Shown here: piece by piece, positions 38,009 to 48,221 of the stretch
Layout of the letters: each line of letters opens with the position of its first letter
How positions within the stretch are numbered: the stretch's first letter is position 1
From: a virus
Lineage: Duplodnaviria > Heunggongvirae > Uroviricota > Caudoviricetes
IMG/VR virus record: IMGVR_UViG_3300014205_006828
Location: 64,001-128,000 of that record
Strand: one strand, 5' to 3'
Length of the DNA stretch: 64,000 bases
Translations under genes and position numbers: made by a program
The notes under the pieces: model-generated
Told to the model about the DNA's origin: nothing
The model's database searches: none
What the model saw: only the letters and a program-made list of their open reading frames with translations

Positions 38009-40140
38009 TATGAACCATCCTCAGCTACATCAGACTCATCAAACTTCTTCTTGACATAATCCCCTGCGTCGCCACGATACGAGTAAGATATCTTGTCAAT
38101 GAATTCATATGTAATAACGCGATCAGCAATCTCACTTGGAGCATTGTCATCATCTCGATTGAGCACAGAAGCAATCACTTCATTATTAATATACGCACGA
38201 ATTTCTCCTATACCAGCATTCTTACTTTGTAACTTAGCAACAAAATCTCCATATCCATCGTAGGTAAATTCAGACACCTCTCCAAAAGTAGGAACTGCAC
38301 GTATCTTAGAACTCAAACCATCCGCCGCTTCAGCATTAATATTGGTAGCCAACTGATTCCCAGACTTATCTCGTAAACGAACCGTTACCTTGATATCATT
38401 ATTTATGAATTGTACATTTGGGTACAACTCGAAGTCACTAGAAAAACGATCTGTTGCAGCAGCCGTACCACGAGCATAGAAATCAAGAGATTGAGCCTTA
38501 AGCGCATTCAGACAGCCTACCGCCTCTTGTTGGAAGATAGCTGCCGTATCCTCATTTAAATCTCCCCTGAATTTAGCAAGGGCTTGTGTCAAACATGATA
38601 TCGTATCATTCACGGCCGGCAATGGGCCAACCTTATCCATGACGCTTCGCATATCATTATACTCAGCATTCAGAACTGCAGATTCTGAGGCAGTATCTGG
38701 TTGACACATCAATCCAATTAAACCATATTGAATCAATACTTCGTGATTTACTTTTAATTGATAATTGATATCTCGGAAATTATAACCATCATCATAATCT
38801 GGCAGCTGCTCCATATTTTGAGCTGGCTTTGATATCAGAGTCTCAAGAGAAGCTTGTACTCCATTGATTAGATATGGAACATATCCATCATTGGTAAATT
38901 CGTATACCAAACCACCAACCAAGTTTAAGCAGCCAGAAAATGTCGTACTATAATCAGCGGAATTATTCCAGGCTATTGCTGTCTGAGTTGGTTTGGTTGT
39001 TACAATAACATCCCGAATATTAAAAAGACGACTACCATTAATATCAGATGGATTTCCGAAATGTGCAGGATCAATTCGCATAGTCATATCTAATTTATAC
39101 GGAACTCGAATTAGCGCCGCATCTCTAGTAAACACGTCATTATTTGGCCAATAGATAAAACCATATTCAGGAGACGGAGTTATAATATCCAAGAACTTAT
39201 ATTCGGTTGGATGATCATCTGCAAATTGCCAACGCTGCGGCCGAATCGCCTGAACGTTCGCGCCTCTCATAAAATTAAATATAGGATCTGAAGGTATCAG
39301 GGGATCAATTTCGCTCTGGTAAATCAGACGCCCAGTAGTTTGCGTCAAACCATCTGGATTGTTACGAATGAAAGATGGGCAAAAATCTGGTGTACAACAA
39401 TCCCCAGCCCCATTTCCATGTCTATCTCCGCCACTACATACGGAGCGGCCAAGAATACCCATCAAAGGCTCAATGATAGCCAGCAGAGCCGCAATACCCA
39501 TAAGTATTGTGAATAACTGCTCGATAAGACACAGTAGAAATGATATTTTTTGAACAGCCGCCAAAATCGCCTGCTCGTCATGTACTTGTATTGCTCGCGC
39601 TAAGATTTTCAGGTTTTTAATAATCTGCTTGATGTAGGCAATAATGACAGAGATTATATATTCGATCAATGCGATGATCAAAAGTATCAATGCTAAGATC
39701 ATTATCAAAAGAGCAATCCATGGAAATAACGATAAGAATTCCGGTAGACATCTTTTAAACAATCGTCTAACAGCTCGGAGTGTAGACCAAGGATTCATTA
39801 GGGCACAGAATACATCAATGATACACAGAATCATATTTAGCAATGCCTGAAAGAATTTATATATCCCCAAAAACGGCGCTAGCTTATTGAATAAACTAGC
39901 AAGAGCATCCCAAATTCCCTTAGTCATCGAGTCTGTGTCTGGCTGAAACTTGATACCACCAGGAAGCATAGCAAAGATGGTATTGATCAACTCAATCAAA
40001 TCTTCTGGAACGCCTTCTGGAAGAGAGAGGTCAGGAAAAGGAATCTTAGGCACAGAGAATGGTAACCCCAAACCAGGAATGGAAGGGCCTGGTCCTGGCG
40101 GTCTCATCGTAATGTTAGTATCAGCTGGATTGCAAACCAT
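38008..40140 (-). CDS. Baseplate-operon protein with two long hydrophobic helices, Cys-rich segments and a C-terminal Big-1-like Ig domain
   Basis: LFPWIALLIMILALILLIIALIEYIISVIIAY; DIKVTVRLRDKSGNQL...GDFVAKLQSKNAGIGEIRAYIN. Confidence 0.6.
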   Translation of the reverse strand: MVCNPADTNITMRPPGPGPSIPGLGLPFSVPKIPFPDLSLPEGVPEDLIELINTIFAMLPGGIKFQPDTDSMTKGIWDALASLFNKLAPFLGIYKFFQALLNMILCIIDVFCALMNPWSTLRAVRRLFKRCLPEFLSLFPWIALLIMILALILLIIALIEYIISVIIAYIKQIIKNLKILARAIQVHDEQAILAAVQKISFLLCLIEQLFTILMGIAALLAIIEPLMGILGRSVCSGGDRHGNGAGDCCTPDFCPSFIRNNPDGLTQTTGRLIYQSEIDPLIPSDPIFNFMRGANVQAIRPQRWQFADDHPTEYKFLDIITPSPEYGFIYWPNNDVFTRDAALIRVPYKLDMTMRIDPAHFGNPSDINGSRLFNIRDVIVTTKPTQTAIAWNNSADYSTTFSGCLNLVGGLVYEFTNDGYVPYLINGVQASLETLISKPAQNMEQLPDYDDGYNFRDINYQLKVNHEVLIQYGLIGLMCQPDTASESAVLNAEYNDMRSVMDKVGPLPAVNDTISCLTQALAKFRGDLNEDTAAIFQQEAVGCLNALKAQSLDFYARGTAAATDRFSSDFELYPNVQFINNDIKVTVRLRDKSGNQLATNINAEAADGLSSKIRAVPTFGEVSEFTYDGYGDFVAKLQSKNAGIGEIRAYINNEVIASVLNRDDDNAPSEIADRVITYEFIDKISYSYRGDAGDYVKKKFDESDVAEDGS

Positions 40141-40148
40141 GATTCACC

Positions 40149-42152
40149 TTAGATAGTCCTTCCGACTGCGCCTTCAGTGGACCTCAATACTAATCTGCCA
40201 GTAGCCCCATCTGATGGATAGAAATAAATACCTTCAGCATCGAAATATATATTGCTATTTACGGATTTGAATCTCATATCTCCTTCGCTTACTATATCAA
40301 TCCTTTGAGGAGTATGGATTTTTATTCCCTGAGGATCAATCCTGATGGTATGAAAACTGCCAGAGTTCCACACCCTAATATCGATAATTCCATCTCTAGC
40401 CTCATTATTAAAGTTCCCTGAGGGGAATCTAGAATCGTCATTTACCGTTGGGCCACCCACCTGCATCAACAAATCACCATCCAAAGTTGCCGCCACAGAA
40501 CGATCATAAATATCACGTCCAATGGCTGACACAATGCCACCGGCACAATCCAACCATAAACTCTGACGGTCTATCGTATTCGCACCAATGCTCACAGAAA
40601 GCATTCCGTCCAAAGACAATGTTCCGCTTCGTCCGCCGGCATTCGCCCCCTGACCGGAAACAATAATTTCACCAGATACAACATCGATAACTGGTGAAAC
40701 AAAATTTAGTAAACTTGAGTCATATCCACCAGTGCCCTTACTGCTTGAATATGGTTTGTCTAACTTATGTAAAAATAGAGTATTTGAAATGTCATGGAAG
40801 CCAGTTCCAAGCTTAATTACATTACCATCTAATCTGCTTACCGGAGCTGCAAAAGTCTTGAGATCATCCTCAGTGCTTGTTAGCGCAATAACCCCTTTAC
40901 CATGTGGCTCAAGCTGTACATCGGTATGATCGGTAACGTTGTATAAGAATTTTCCACGATCATCCTTTTCTATAAAACCAATGATATTAGAAAAATTCTC
41001 GTGCCTTACCAAAACAGGAATGTTGCCAGTCTCGCTAGACGCCGGAACATTCATCTTGAATTGACCTTCTTTATCGATATCAAAGAAGAATCGACTGCGT
41101 TTTCTGGCGTAATCACTCACATCAGAATAATCTGGTAAATCCAGTCCATCTTTGCGTGCATTAATCTCGAAGTGATACGCAATGCTCTTACGAAGCTGTC
41201 CTTTGAGTTTTGCAAATGAAATATTTTGATCGTCAGCCGAATTCCTAAGTGACAAGGCATCTTCACCACTAGGTAAAACATTTCTATTTAGGTCTAGAAT
41301 ATTCCCAAAGATATCTACCACAGTGCCAACAATCATTTCGGCAAGATAGTTTGGTTGATCTAAACTCAAGCTCATAGTATCGGTACGGCTCTTCTTGCGC
41401 TGAAAGGCTTTTGATTTTTGTAAGTCTTCTCCAGCAAACAATCGCTCTTCCGTTGTGTCATCTGTATAACCAAAACTATCTGCAAACTCGTAAAACATCT
41501 TTCGACTTTCAGCGAGCGCTGGGTTTCGGTTTACCGAATCTGATACAGATGGATGTGTACTTGGGTCCAACCCAATTGGTAGTAGGGTGGAATTATATGG
41601 ATGATCGGTCAGGGAAGAACCAACTAGATTCCTAATATGATTGGAATCAATATCTCGTAATACAATTCCGGTAATTTCCCGGTGAGCCTCAGTAAAGTGC
41701 ATCTGTTGAGGAAACCTAGAACTCCAAATCCCGTGCACAGAATCGGCTTGAGTAAAGGCAGTAGACCCTCCTTGAATTACTCCGCTTTTCGGGTCTACAA
41801 TGAGGGCAACATCATTTTCTACCAAGGTAAGCCAACGTCCTTCACGCAGCTTACTCATAGAAATACGGCGAACACCATCAGCATCATAAGTAGAAATGGT
41901 ATCTGGTTGGTCATAGCTAACAAAAATCCATTCGTTACCTTGACCCATAACTACAAATAAATTGGTTCCTTTCTGAGGATAACCACAAGAAATTTGCCCG
42001 CGAGGACCTATCCATCCAACTGGTAATTTGATGGGTTGAAGAGTTGAAGAAGATGTAAGAGGCAATTTAATCATTGCCAATCCTCTCTCCAGATCAACGC
42101 TTTGGATTACTCCACGAATTGGAAGCCCATGTACTGATCCTACCCTTGTCAT
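40149..42152 (-). CDS. Baseplate central spike (gp5/gpV-like OB fold with beta-rich C-terminus)
   Basis: N-terminal RGVIQSVDLERGLAMIKL...GYPQKGTNLFV OB-fold pattern; C-terminal IRIDPQGIKIHTPQRIDIVSEGDM repeats; follows the hub gene. Confidence 0.7.
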   Translation of the reverse strand: MTRVGSVHGLPIRGVIQSVDLERGLAMIKLPLTSSSTLQPIKLPVGWIGPRGQISCGYPQKGTNLFVVMGQGNEWIFVSYDQPDTISTYDADGVRRISMSKLREGRWLTLVENDVALIVDPKSGVIQGGSTAFTQADSVHGIWSSRFPQQMHFTEAHREITGIVLRDIDSNHIRNLVGSSLTDHPYNSTLLPIGLDPSTHPSVSDSVNRNPALAESRKMFYEFADSFGYTDDTTEERLFAGEDLQKSKAFQRKKSRTDTMSLSLDQPNYLAEMIVGTVVDIFGNILDLNRNVLPSGEDALSLRNSADDQNISFAKLKGQLRKSIAYHFEINARKDGLDLPDYSDVSDYARKRSRFFFDIDKEGQFKMNVPASSETGNIPVLVRHENFSNIIGFIEKDDRGKFLYNVTDHTDVQLEPHGKGVIALTSTEDDLKTFAAPVSRLDGNVIKLGTGFHDISNTLFLHKLDKPYSSSKGTGGYDSSLLNFVSPVIDVVSGEIIVSGQGANAGGRSGTLSLDGMLSVSIGANTIDRQSLWLDCAGGIVSAIGRDIYDRSVAATLDGDLLMQVGGPTVNDDSRFPSGNFNNEARDGIIDIRVWNSGSFHTIRIDPQGIKIHTPQRIDIVSEGDMRFKSVNSNIYFDAEGIYFYPSDGATGRLVLRSTEGAVGRTI

Positions 42153-45100
42153 TATTTGCTCCCAGCGGATGAGGTATTGGCAGAATTATCAGAATTTGCG
42201 GCAGCCCCACGAGCGACTTCTATTGAATCATTGGCTCTTTGCTCAGCTTGGCTGTTACCAGAAGATTTACTATTTGTTTTTGTAACAACTTCAAAATCTA
42301 CAAAAATATCTATGATTGTATTTGCTAAGAATGATCTGAAGTTCCCCGGAGATAAATCAGACAAGTTCACAGCCTTTGTGGTAGAAATAGCAGCTGATGA
42401 TGGACCTTGAGAATTTTCTACAGGTTCAGTCTCTCTTGGATACATTTTGCGCCTTGTCTGTTTTATAGGATCGCTAAAATCTACTTCTTCAATAATAATG
42501 TCTGATTCATTTATCCCGAACGTCTGTGCTTTCTGAGAGCTACTAATATTTAGCTTTATAGGGCTAAGGCTTCCGGAAACCGAACTGCTTTCTGGATGTA
42601 TAAGCCAATCTTTTACAGCCATCGCTATATTCAACATATCCACATCATATGAATTATATGTCTTGTAGTACACTAATTTGATGCGTGTTTTTTGCTTCTG
42701 AAAATTGATTCGATTCAAGCTTCCACTAACCGAAAATAGAACGTTGCTAAGAACATTCTTATTTCGCTCTCCATAATGCCCAGTAAGTAGAAGTGATAGA
42801 GGATCATCACCCTCATTCATTCTAGTCTCATTGCCTTGCGCTGAAGTTTGTGCGGCAATAGATGAGACAAATGTCAAAGCCCCAAGCGACCTAGCATCTC
42901 CATGCATATCTGTTCTTTCAGTTCTGTGTTGATCAAAGAATCCCTTAGAAGCATACAAAATCTTACCAACAATATCTAACATTGTGGGAATATACTCTCC
43001 AGGGCTATGGCCGTAAGTTAGTTCAAGAGAAGTGGCTAGATTTCCATACGAACACGAATGGCTTACCGACTTCACGTAGAACAATAGATTCCTGTCTTCG
43101 ATGTATACAACGTCACCAGGCTGATAGTATTCGTTATATCCAGCCACCCCAACTGAACCTTGTAGAATGTTTTCACGAGCCTCTAAAAGGGCCGCAACCG
43201 CATATGGAGCGCATTGGGAATCAGGATCTTTAAAGAATGGAGCTTCGATAGATTGTGGCGCTCTGAATCCATATTGATACCACATATCATAATCGACAGC
43301 GTACGCTGAAGTAACAGCATTTCCATCATTAGACGTCTTCATGCCACCAGGAGGGTCTGCAAAGCCCTGGCCAAACAATCCGTTCACAGACACCATCGTA
43401 AATGGCGGTGGGTTTTCTGAAATTGTTAGGCTTACAATCCTATCGGCAGTAAGCACGAAACGACGCCCAGAGCCTGGCCCCAAGTCATCTTCGTCTTCAT
43501 ACTCTATCATATGCTCGATAATTTGAGGAATGGCAGTCTTGCGGTTTAAGAATGGGGCCACTGCCGCCTTGACCGTTTTGTTGCTTAGGCCATTTTTGTT
43601 CAAATCTAGTGAGTTGACGCTGACGCCTTCTTCTAGATTCTTGATGGAATTGATTGCAGACTTAAGCAACGATTGACGCTGGGATACGAATTGAGCTATT
43701 TGTCCAATGATCGCAATTTTGTCCAATTGGCTTCGGCTACCAATACGCGCGAATTGCTTACTGGAAAATAACTGATCAATGGTTGGAGGCTCGGATCCAG
43801 TGGCAATTTTCAACCTCTCTCTCACCACATCCAGCGCAGCCTTTTGTGTATCTGGATTAGGCGCTAGTTTGGAAAAATACGCACCTGCCTGAGTGCTCAC
43901 AGTAAATAGCTTTGAATTCTTTACCTGAGTGGAAATTACCTTTTGGTCATGAGACAGACTCTTCAATAAAGCCGTCGTTGGATCTTGGTCTCTATCTGGA
44001 TTTGATTGATTGAAAAACTGTAACAAGTTTAGAGTAGACCCATCTTCTCTATTGGTTAAGAAACTGAAGTTACCAGACCTAGTTGGCGGCCCAATCAAAT
44101 TCACCATATCTACTTCAGTTACGGCTCCTAACGCAACTGCTCTCAAACGAATATTATCCTCAACGACAGCTATCTGATTTACTATGTCTTTTACTTGGTT
44201 GTGAAATAGGCTCTCTAGAAAGTCTGGGAAAACTTTCACACCACTAGTATCTCTGTCCTTAAACATCTTGTAAAAGACTGAGCTTGGAACCTTATTGTAA
44301 CCAGGTGGGCGAACCATAATGTGCCCCTGGGTATTCGCAAAACACTCAAGACTCAAAAGTTTCTTTACCTGTGAAATCTGCTCCCCGATATTAGAATACT
44401 GACTATTAAAAATCTCAATAGAGTTACCAATCTTTCTCTCGAACGCCATGATATCGAAATTCTTATCGTATTGGTCATCTACAATGAATAGATTCCGATC
44501 TTGATTGGCGCGAACCTGCCAGTATCGGCGCGCAGTCATAGCGAACAATCTCTGCCTCAATTGCAAATCATCTCTTTGCTGTTGATTTAAATTGGTGCCA
44601 GAATTACTATCCGTAACAGAGGCATCTGTATTTACATCATTACCAATAATCGTCAATCCAATATCTGGGTTGCTGAGCAGCGGGTCTGTAAGCTGCATAA
44701 AGTTTTTCTGCTCTGTACTTATTTGATCTTGTAGAGATTTTATTTTAGTTGAGTAGACGACGTCTTGAACCGTAGAGTGATTGGTTACCCCTTGAACCAC
44801 ATCATCCTTTTGCGAGAGAGCTAATTGATCTTGTGTTCTAGCAAGTTCGTTTAGTAGCTGATTCAATTTGGAGTTTTGCGTCACAACTTCCAGACGTTGC
44901 TGCGCAATAAATTGCTCCGCTGACTGATTGACTACCAACTGCTTGTGAGGAGTAAAGTTTCCCCAAATGAGATTGTTTCGATCAATTTCCGCCAGCAATC
45001 CTTGAATATATGTCGATGCAGCCGGAATGTTGTTCAACCCATCCCTAACCCCTAGCGAATTTCCGTTTTCGATAGCCGCTCTCAAGAACGTACTGTAGTT

Positions 45101-47248
45101 GTAAGGCATGCCAGTAATCAAAAGAGAAATGACATTCATGACATCTTGACCAGCGAATGGCTTTGCTGTTAGTAGTACCGCCCTTTCATGATCGGTATTG
45201 GTTTGAGAATTTGGCCGCTGTGTAAACGTCAGCGATTGAATTCCTTGCTTCCATCGATAGACGAGGCCCGGAGGATCGTGTAGGACTTTCCTCCAAGTAT
45301 CAAACGAAATTTCACGCGGAGCATGAGTATACAAACCAGAAGTTGCCGGAGTTCCCTTGTTCGGTCCACTACGGAAAATCAACATTCCGCTATCCAACAA
45401 GCGTTGATTCTCTGGCAGTAGTGGAGGGATACCGCCACTGTTAGGGTCTGTAATTGCCGCACCTGTTGCCGCATCAAAACTCACATCAAATGGAGTTAGA
45501 GGATCGTAGATGGAGGCGTTGAATACATCAGAGGATGGCTTGAAGTTCACCATACTCTTACTGAAATACCCAGTATGGTCTTCGCAAGTAAAGCTGATTG
45601 TCCACTTGCCATCTCCCCACTCACCGCTCACGCCCTGGTTTCCCTTTCCTACAATTCCGGAAAAGATACATGGCCCGGTTGGCTGCCCCGTAATATCCTG
45701 CCTGAACATGCGCCATAGCCAGCTTGGCATATCTGGGCCTACAACACTCAATCTCTCAAGATCATCGTAAGATTGATTTGGCTTGGCTGTAAGTGAGTTT
45801 ATGGCTCCATTGATGTTCTTGATGATAGTATCGAATTTCTGCACCAAGCCCAGACCAAGCTCATTATTTTGCTTCTGAAATCCTCCAGGCATCCGCATAT
45901 CTTCGCCGGTACGGGAGGTCATCCAAATCGAAATCGTATCCATTGGCTGGACGATATACTTGCCATTGAAAAACAGGCGCATCCGGTTTCGCGCATAGTT
46001 GACGTCCAACGTACGTCTCTTCATTTCTCGTTGCGAAGTCTCATGTTGAGCAAGCATCGTGAAAATATCAGAAATGATTTGGTTGAACTTCTTTTGCTCG
46101 GATTGCGTTAGTTGATTGTTCTCGCCAATATTTCCACTTGGGTTACCTGCTAAGAATTGCGGTTCAATGCTCACGCTTCCTGTAGAGAACACATTGGAAA
46201 CTGATGAAAACACCTGGCTAATATTCTTTGAGTTACCAATGGATGATAAGAAGTTATTCACTCCAGTGGAATATGTAAACAAAATCTCCCGACCTTCGTC
46301 ATCTAATATCGCTCGCACCCGATTCGACAATACCGTACCAGGACTTAGCTTGAACGTAATCTGGCTTGCACCACGCAGACTTCTCTCTATTGAAAGATCT
46401 GTCTTGAATTTATCAATGGTTTTCTGAAGTTCTGTTTCTACAAACTTGTAGTAGCTTCCGGTTCTCATTGGGTTGGCGACATCCGTAAGCGCTTGATCAA
46501 TATCAGATTCACGAATGGTTAGAAGATTGTATGGGTCTTCCAATGTGACGGTTGCAGATCCACCGCCCCACTCGGTGGAAACGGTAGTTCTGACGGATGC
46601 GATATTGGTTAGCTCAAAAGTACCAGGTCCCTCTCCAACATCCTTGCCAAATACAGCATCGTAATCATTCGTGGTCCAATTGCTGTATGCCCCAGGTTCC
46701 GAATACGAAATAACCTTCCTCAGCGTATCAATAGCTGACTTGGTAGCTGGACTCAACCCTCCAGCACCTAAAGCTGTGAATAACCCGGATTCATTACCAA
46801 GATCTATCAAATTTAATAACTCTGGGCCTAAGATAGTGTTGAACCTTCCAGACTCAACAGTTAGCTGTTCAATCTTTGTTAGTTTTTCATATGCAGCTAA
46901 AATGCGGCACTTGTTCTGAAATAGTCTCTTCGTAGCTTTGATTAGAGTCTTTTCTTTCTCCTCTAATACATCTAGCTTTGCATTATCAACCAGAGTTGAA
47001 AACATTCTCTTCTTAATTACTACATAGAAGTCTGGTTGCTGAAATAATATAGATCTTTTACGTGGTCTAATATCTCTAATGAAACCATCTTCTATATAAT
47101 TACGCTCAGCTGTCTGATCGAACTTGTCGGCATAATCCCCCAAACGAGCGTATGCACCACCGTCAGCTGTGCCTAGTGAATGCGAGGTATTTTCACCAAT
47201 CCCAAACTGATCATTGAGAATACCGCCAAGAGAAGATAAAAAACTCAT
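42152..47248 (-). CDS. Baseplate hub protein (gp27/gp44-like) with large insertions
   Basis: SVRTTVSTEWGGGSATVTLEDP, VQPMDTISIWM, IFSGIV, TISFTCED, and C-terminal YQPGDVVYI...FYVKSVSHS...TSLELTYG. Confidence 0.72.
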   Translation of the reverse strand: MSFLSSLGGILNDQFGIGENTSHSLGTADGGAYARLGDYADKFDQTAERNYIEDGFIRDIRPRKRSILFQQPDFYVVIKKRMFSTLVDNAKLDVLEEKEKTLIKATKRLFQNKCRILAAYEKLTKIEQLTVESGRFNTILGPELLNLIDLGNESGLFTALGAGGLSPATKSAIDTLRKVISYSEPGAYSNWTTNDYDAVFGKDVGEGPGTFELTNIASVRTTVSTEWGGGSATVTLEDPYNLLTIRESDIDQALTDVANPMRTGSYYKFVETELQKTIDKFKTDLSIERSLRGASQITFKLSPGTVLSNRVRAILDDEGREILFTYSTGVNNFLSSIGNSKNISQVFSSVSNVFSTGSVSIEPQFLAGNPSGNIGENNQLTQSEQKKFNQIISDIFTMLAQHETSQREMKRRTLDVNYARNRMRLFFNGKYIVQPMDTISIWMTSRTGEDMRMPGGFQKQNNELGLGLVQKFDTIIKNINGAINSLTAKPNQSYDDLERLSVVGPDMPSWLWRMFRQDITGQPTGPCIFSGIVGKGNQGVSGEWGDGKWTISFTCEDHTGYFSKSMVNFKPSSDVFNASIYDPLTPFDVSFDAATGAAITDPNSGGIPPLLPENQRLLDSGMLIFRSGPNKGTPATSGLYTHAPREISFDTWRKVLHDPPGLVYRWKQGIQSLTFTQRPNSQTNTDHERAVLLTAKPFAGQDVMNVISLLITGMPYNYSTFLRAAIENGNSLGVRDGLNNIPAASTYIQGLLAEIDRNNLIWGNFTPHKQLVVNQSAEQFIAQQRLEVVTQNSKLNQLLNELARTQDQLALSQKDDVVQGVTNHSTVQDVVYSTKIKSLQDQISTEQKNFMQLTDPLLSNPDIGLTIIGNDVNTDASVTDSNSGTNLNQQQRDDLQLRQRLFAMTARRYWQVRANQDRNLFIVDDQYDKNFDIMAFERKIGNSIEIFNSQYSNIGEQISQVKKLLSLECFANTQGHIMVRPPGYNKVPSSVFYKMFKDRDTSGVKVFPDFLESLFHNQVKDIVNQIAVVEDNIRLRAVALGAVTEVDMVNLIGPPTRSGNFSFLTNREDGSTLNLLQFFNQSNPDRDQDPTTALLKSLSHDQKVISTQVKNSKLFTVSTQAGAYFSKLAPNPDTQKAALDVVRERLKIATGSEPPTIDQLFSSKQFARIGSRSQLDKIAIIGQIAQFVSQRQSLLKSAINSIKNLEEGVSVNSLDLNKNGLSNKTVKAAVAPFLNRKTAIPQIIEHMIEYEDEDDLGPGSGRRFVLTADRIVSLTISENPPPFTMVSVNGLFGQGFADPPGGMKTSNDGNAVTSAYAVDYDMWYQYGFRAPQSIEAPFFKDPDSQCAPYAVAALLEARENILQGSVGVAGYNEYYQPGDVVYIEDRNLLFYVKSVSHSCSYGNLATSLELTYGHSPGEYIPTMLDIVGKILYASKGFFDQHRTERTDMHGDARSLGALTFVSSIAAQTSAQGNETRMNEGDDPLSLLLTGHYGERNKNVLSNVLFSVSGSLNRINFQKQKTRIKLVYYKTYNSYDVDMLNIAMAVKDWLIHPESSSVSGSLSPIKLNISSSQKAQTFGINESDIIIEEVDFSDPIKQTRRKMYPRETEPVENSQGPSSAAISTTKAVNLSDLSPGNFRSFLANTIIDIFVDFEVVTKTNSKSSGNSQAEQRANDSIEVARGAAANSDNSANTSSAGSK

Positions 47249-47261
47249 AATTTGCCATATA

Positions 47262-48221
47262 TCACAGTGGGCGAGAACTCTGTAAAGCCCGGTCTAAAGA
47301 ACGTAGCGTAGTAGTAAAAATTGATTGCTGCTCAACGCTTATCGCCCTCTTCGGATATGGATCTTTTAAAGTAGAGAAAGAATACGGAGCGCCAAATGAT
47401 GGATCTGAATTAGATGGGCCATTAACCGCACTGCGATGCCATGGCATGAAGTTCAAACGAAGACCGCGCTTCTGAGTAACCGTAAACTCCAATCCGTAAT
47501 CAAACTGACCAAGCTTATCCGCAGATTCGTTTACGAACATTGAAGTGAAGTATCCACGGAATACCCAACCTGACCAATATAGTTCGGTTTGAAAGGCAAT
47601 CGAAGCCAATGTTGGTTTTGGGGTTAAAGGATCAACATTTCCTGTTTTGATAACATTATTCACTTGATCAAACAAAGAATTAACACCAACACCAATTGCT
47701 TTTGTAACACCTCCAAGAATGTCTATCGACTGTAAAGGATTCATTGACTGGGTTGCTGCCTGATCCCTTGCAGCGTCTACCGCTAGAGCAATTGGATCAA
47801 GCGCCACTTGTTCGTTCCTGTAGATATCATAAATAACATTGATACCCTCTACACCCGAAGATCCAGTGGTCCCGCTAATGGAAACCTTGCCAAGCTCCTC
47901 TCCCCAATATTGAACCATGTAACCACCGCGAGTTCTAACTGGCGCTCCAATGTGCTTAGTATCGGTGTATTTGATACTCTGGGGGTTTACATACATTTCC
48001 ACCACACCAAGCTCTGGCAAGAACCAGCGCACCATATTTCGAACAGAGTTGGCAAGACGATAGTTTGGAACTTGGTTTTGACGGAGTTGATTTCCGCTAG
48101 ATGGAGGTAATGGTGCCAAGCTTGAAAAGCCAGGAGGATCTGCCAAGCTTCCGTTCACAGCCCCTTGAGCCGTATGAAAGGACTGATCAGCTAGGTCTGT
48201 AATTGAATCTAGTAATGACAT
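47262..48221 (-). CDS. Tail tube initiator / baseplate core protein
   Basis: MYVNPQSIKY...GGYMVQYWGEELGKVSISGTTG and FRGYFTSMFVNESA...FDYGLEFTV; lies between tape measure and hub. Confidence 0.7.
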   Translation of the reverse strand: MSLLDSITDLADQSFHTAQGAVNGSLADPPGFSSLAPLPPSSGNQLRQNQVPNYRLANSVRNMVRWFLPELGVVEMYVNPQSIKYTDTKHIGAPVRTRGGYMVQYWGEELGKVSISGTTGSSGVEGINVIYDIYRNEQVALDPIALAVDAARDQAATQSMNPLQSIDILGGVTKAIGVGVNSLFDQVNNVIKTGNVDPLTPKPTLASIAFQTELYWSGWVFRGYFTSMFVNESADKLGQFDYGLEFTVTQKRGLRLNFMPWHRSAVNGPSNSDPSFGAPYSFSTLKDPYPKRAISVEQQSIFTTTLRSLDRALQSSRPL

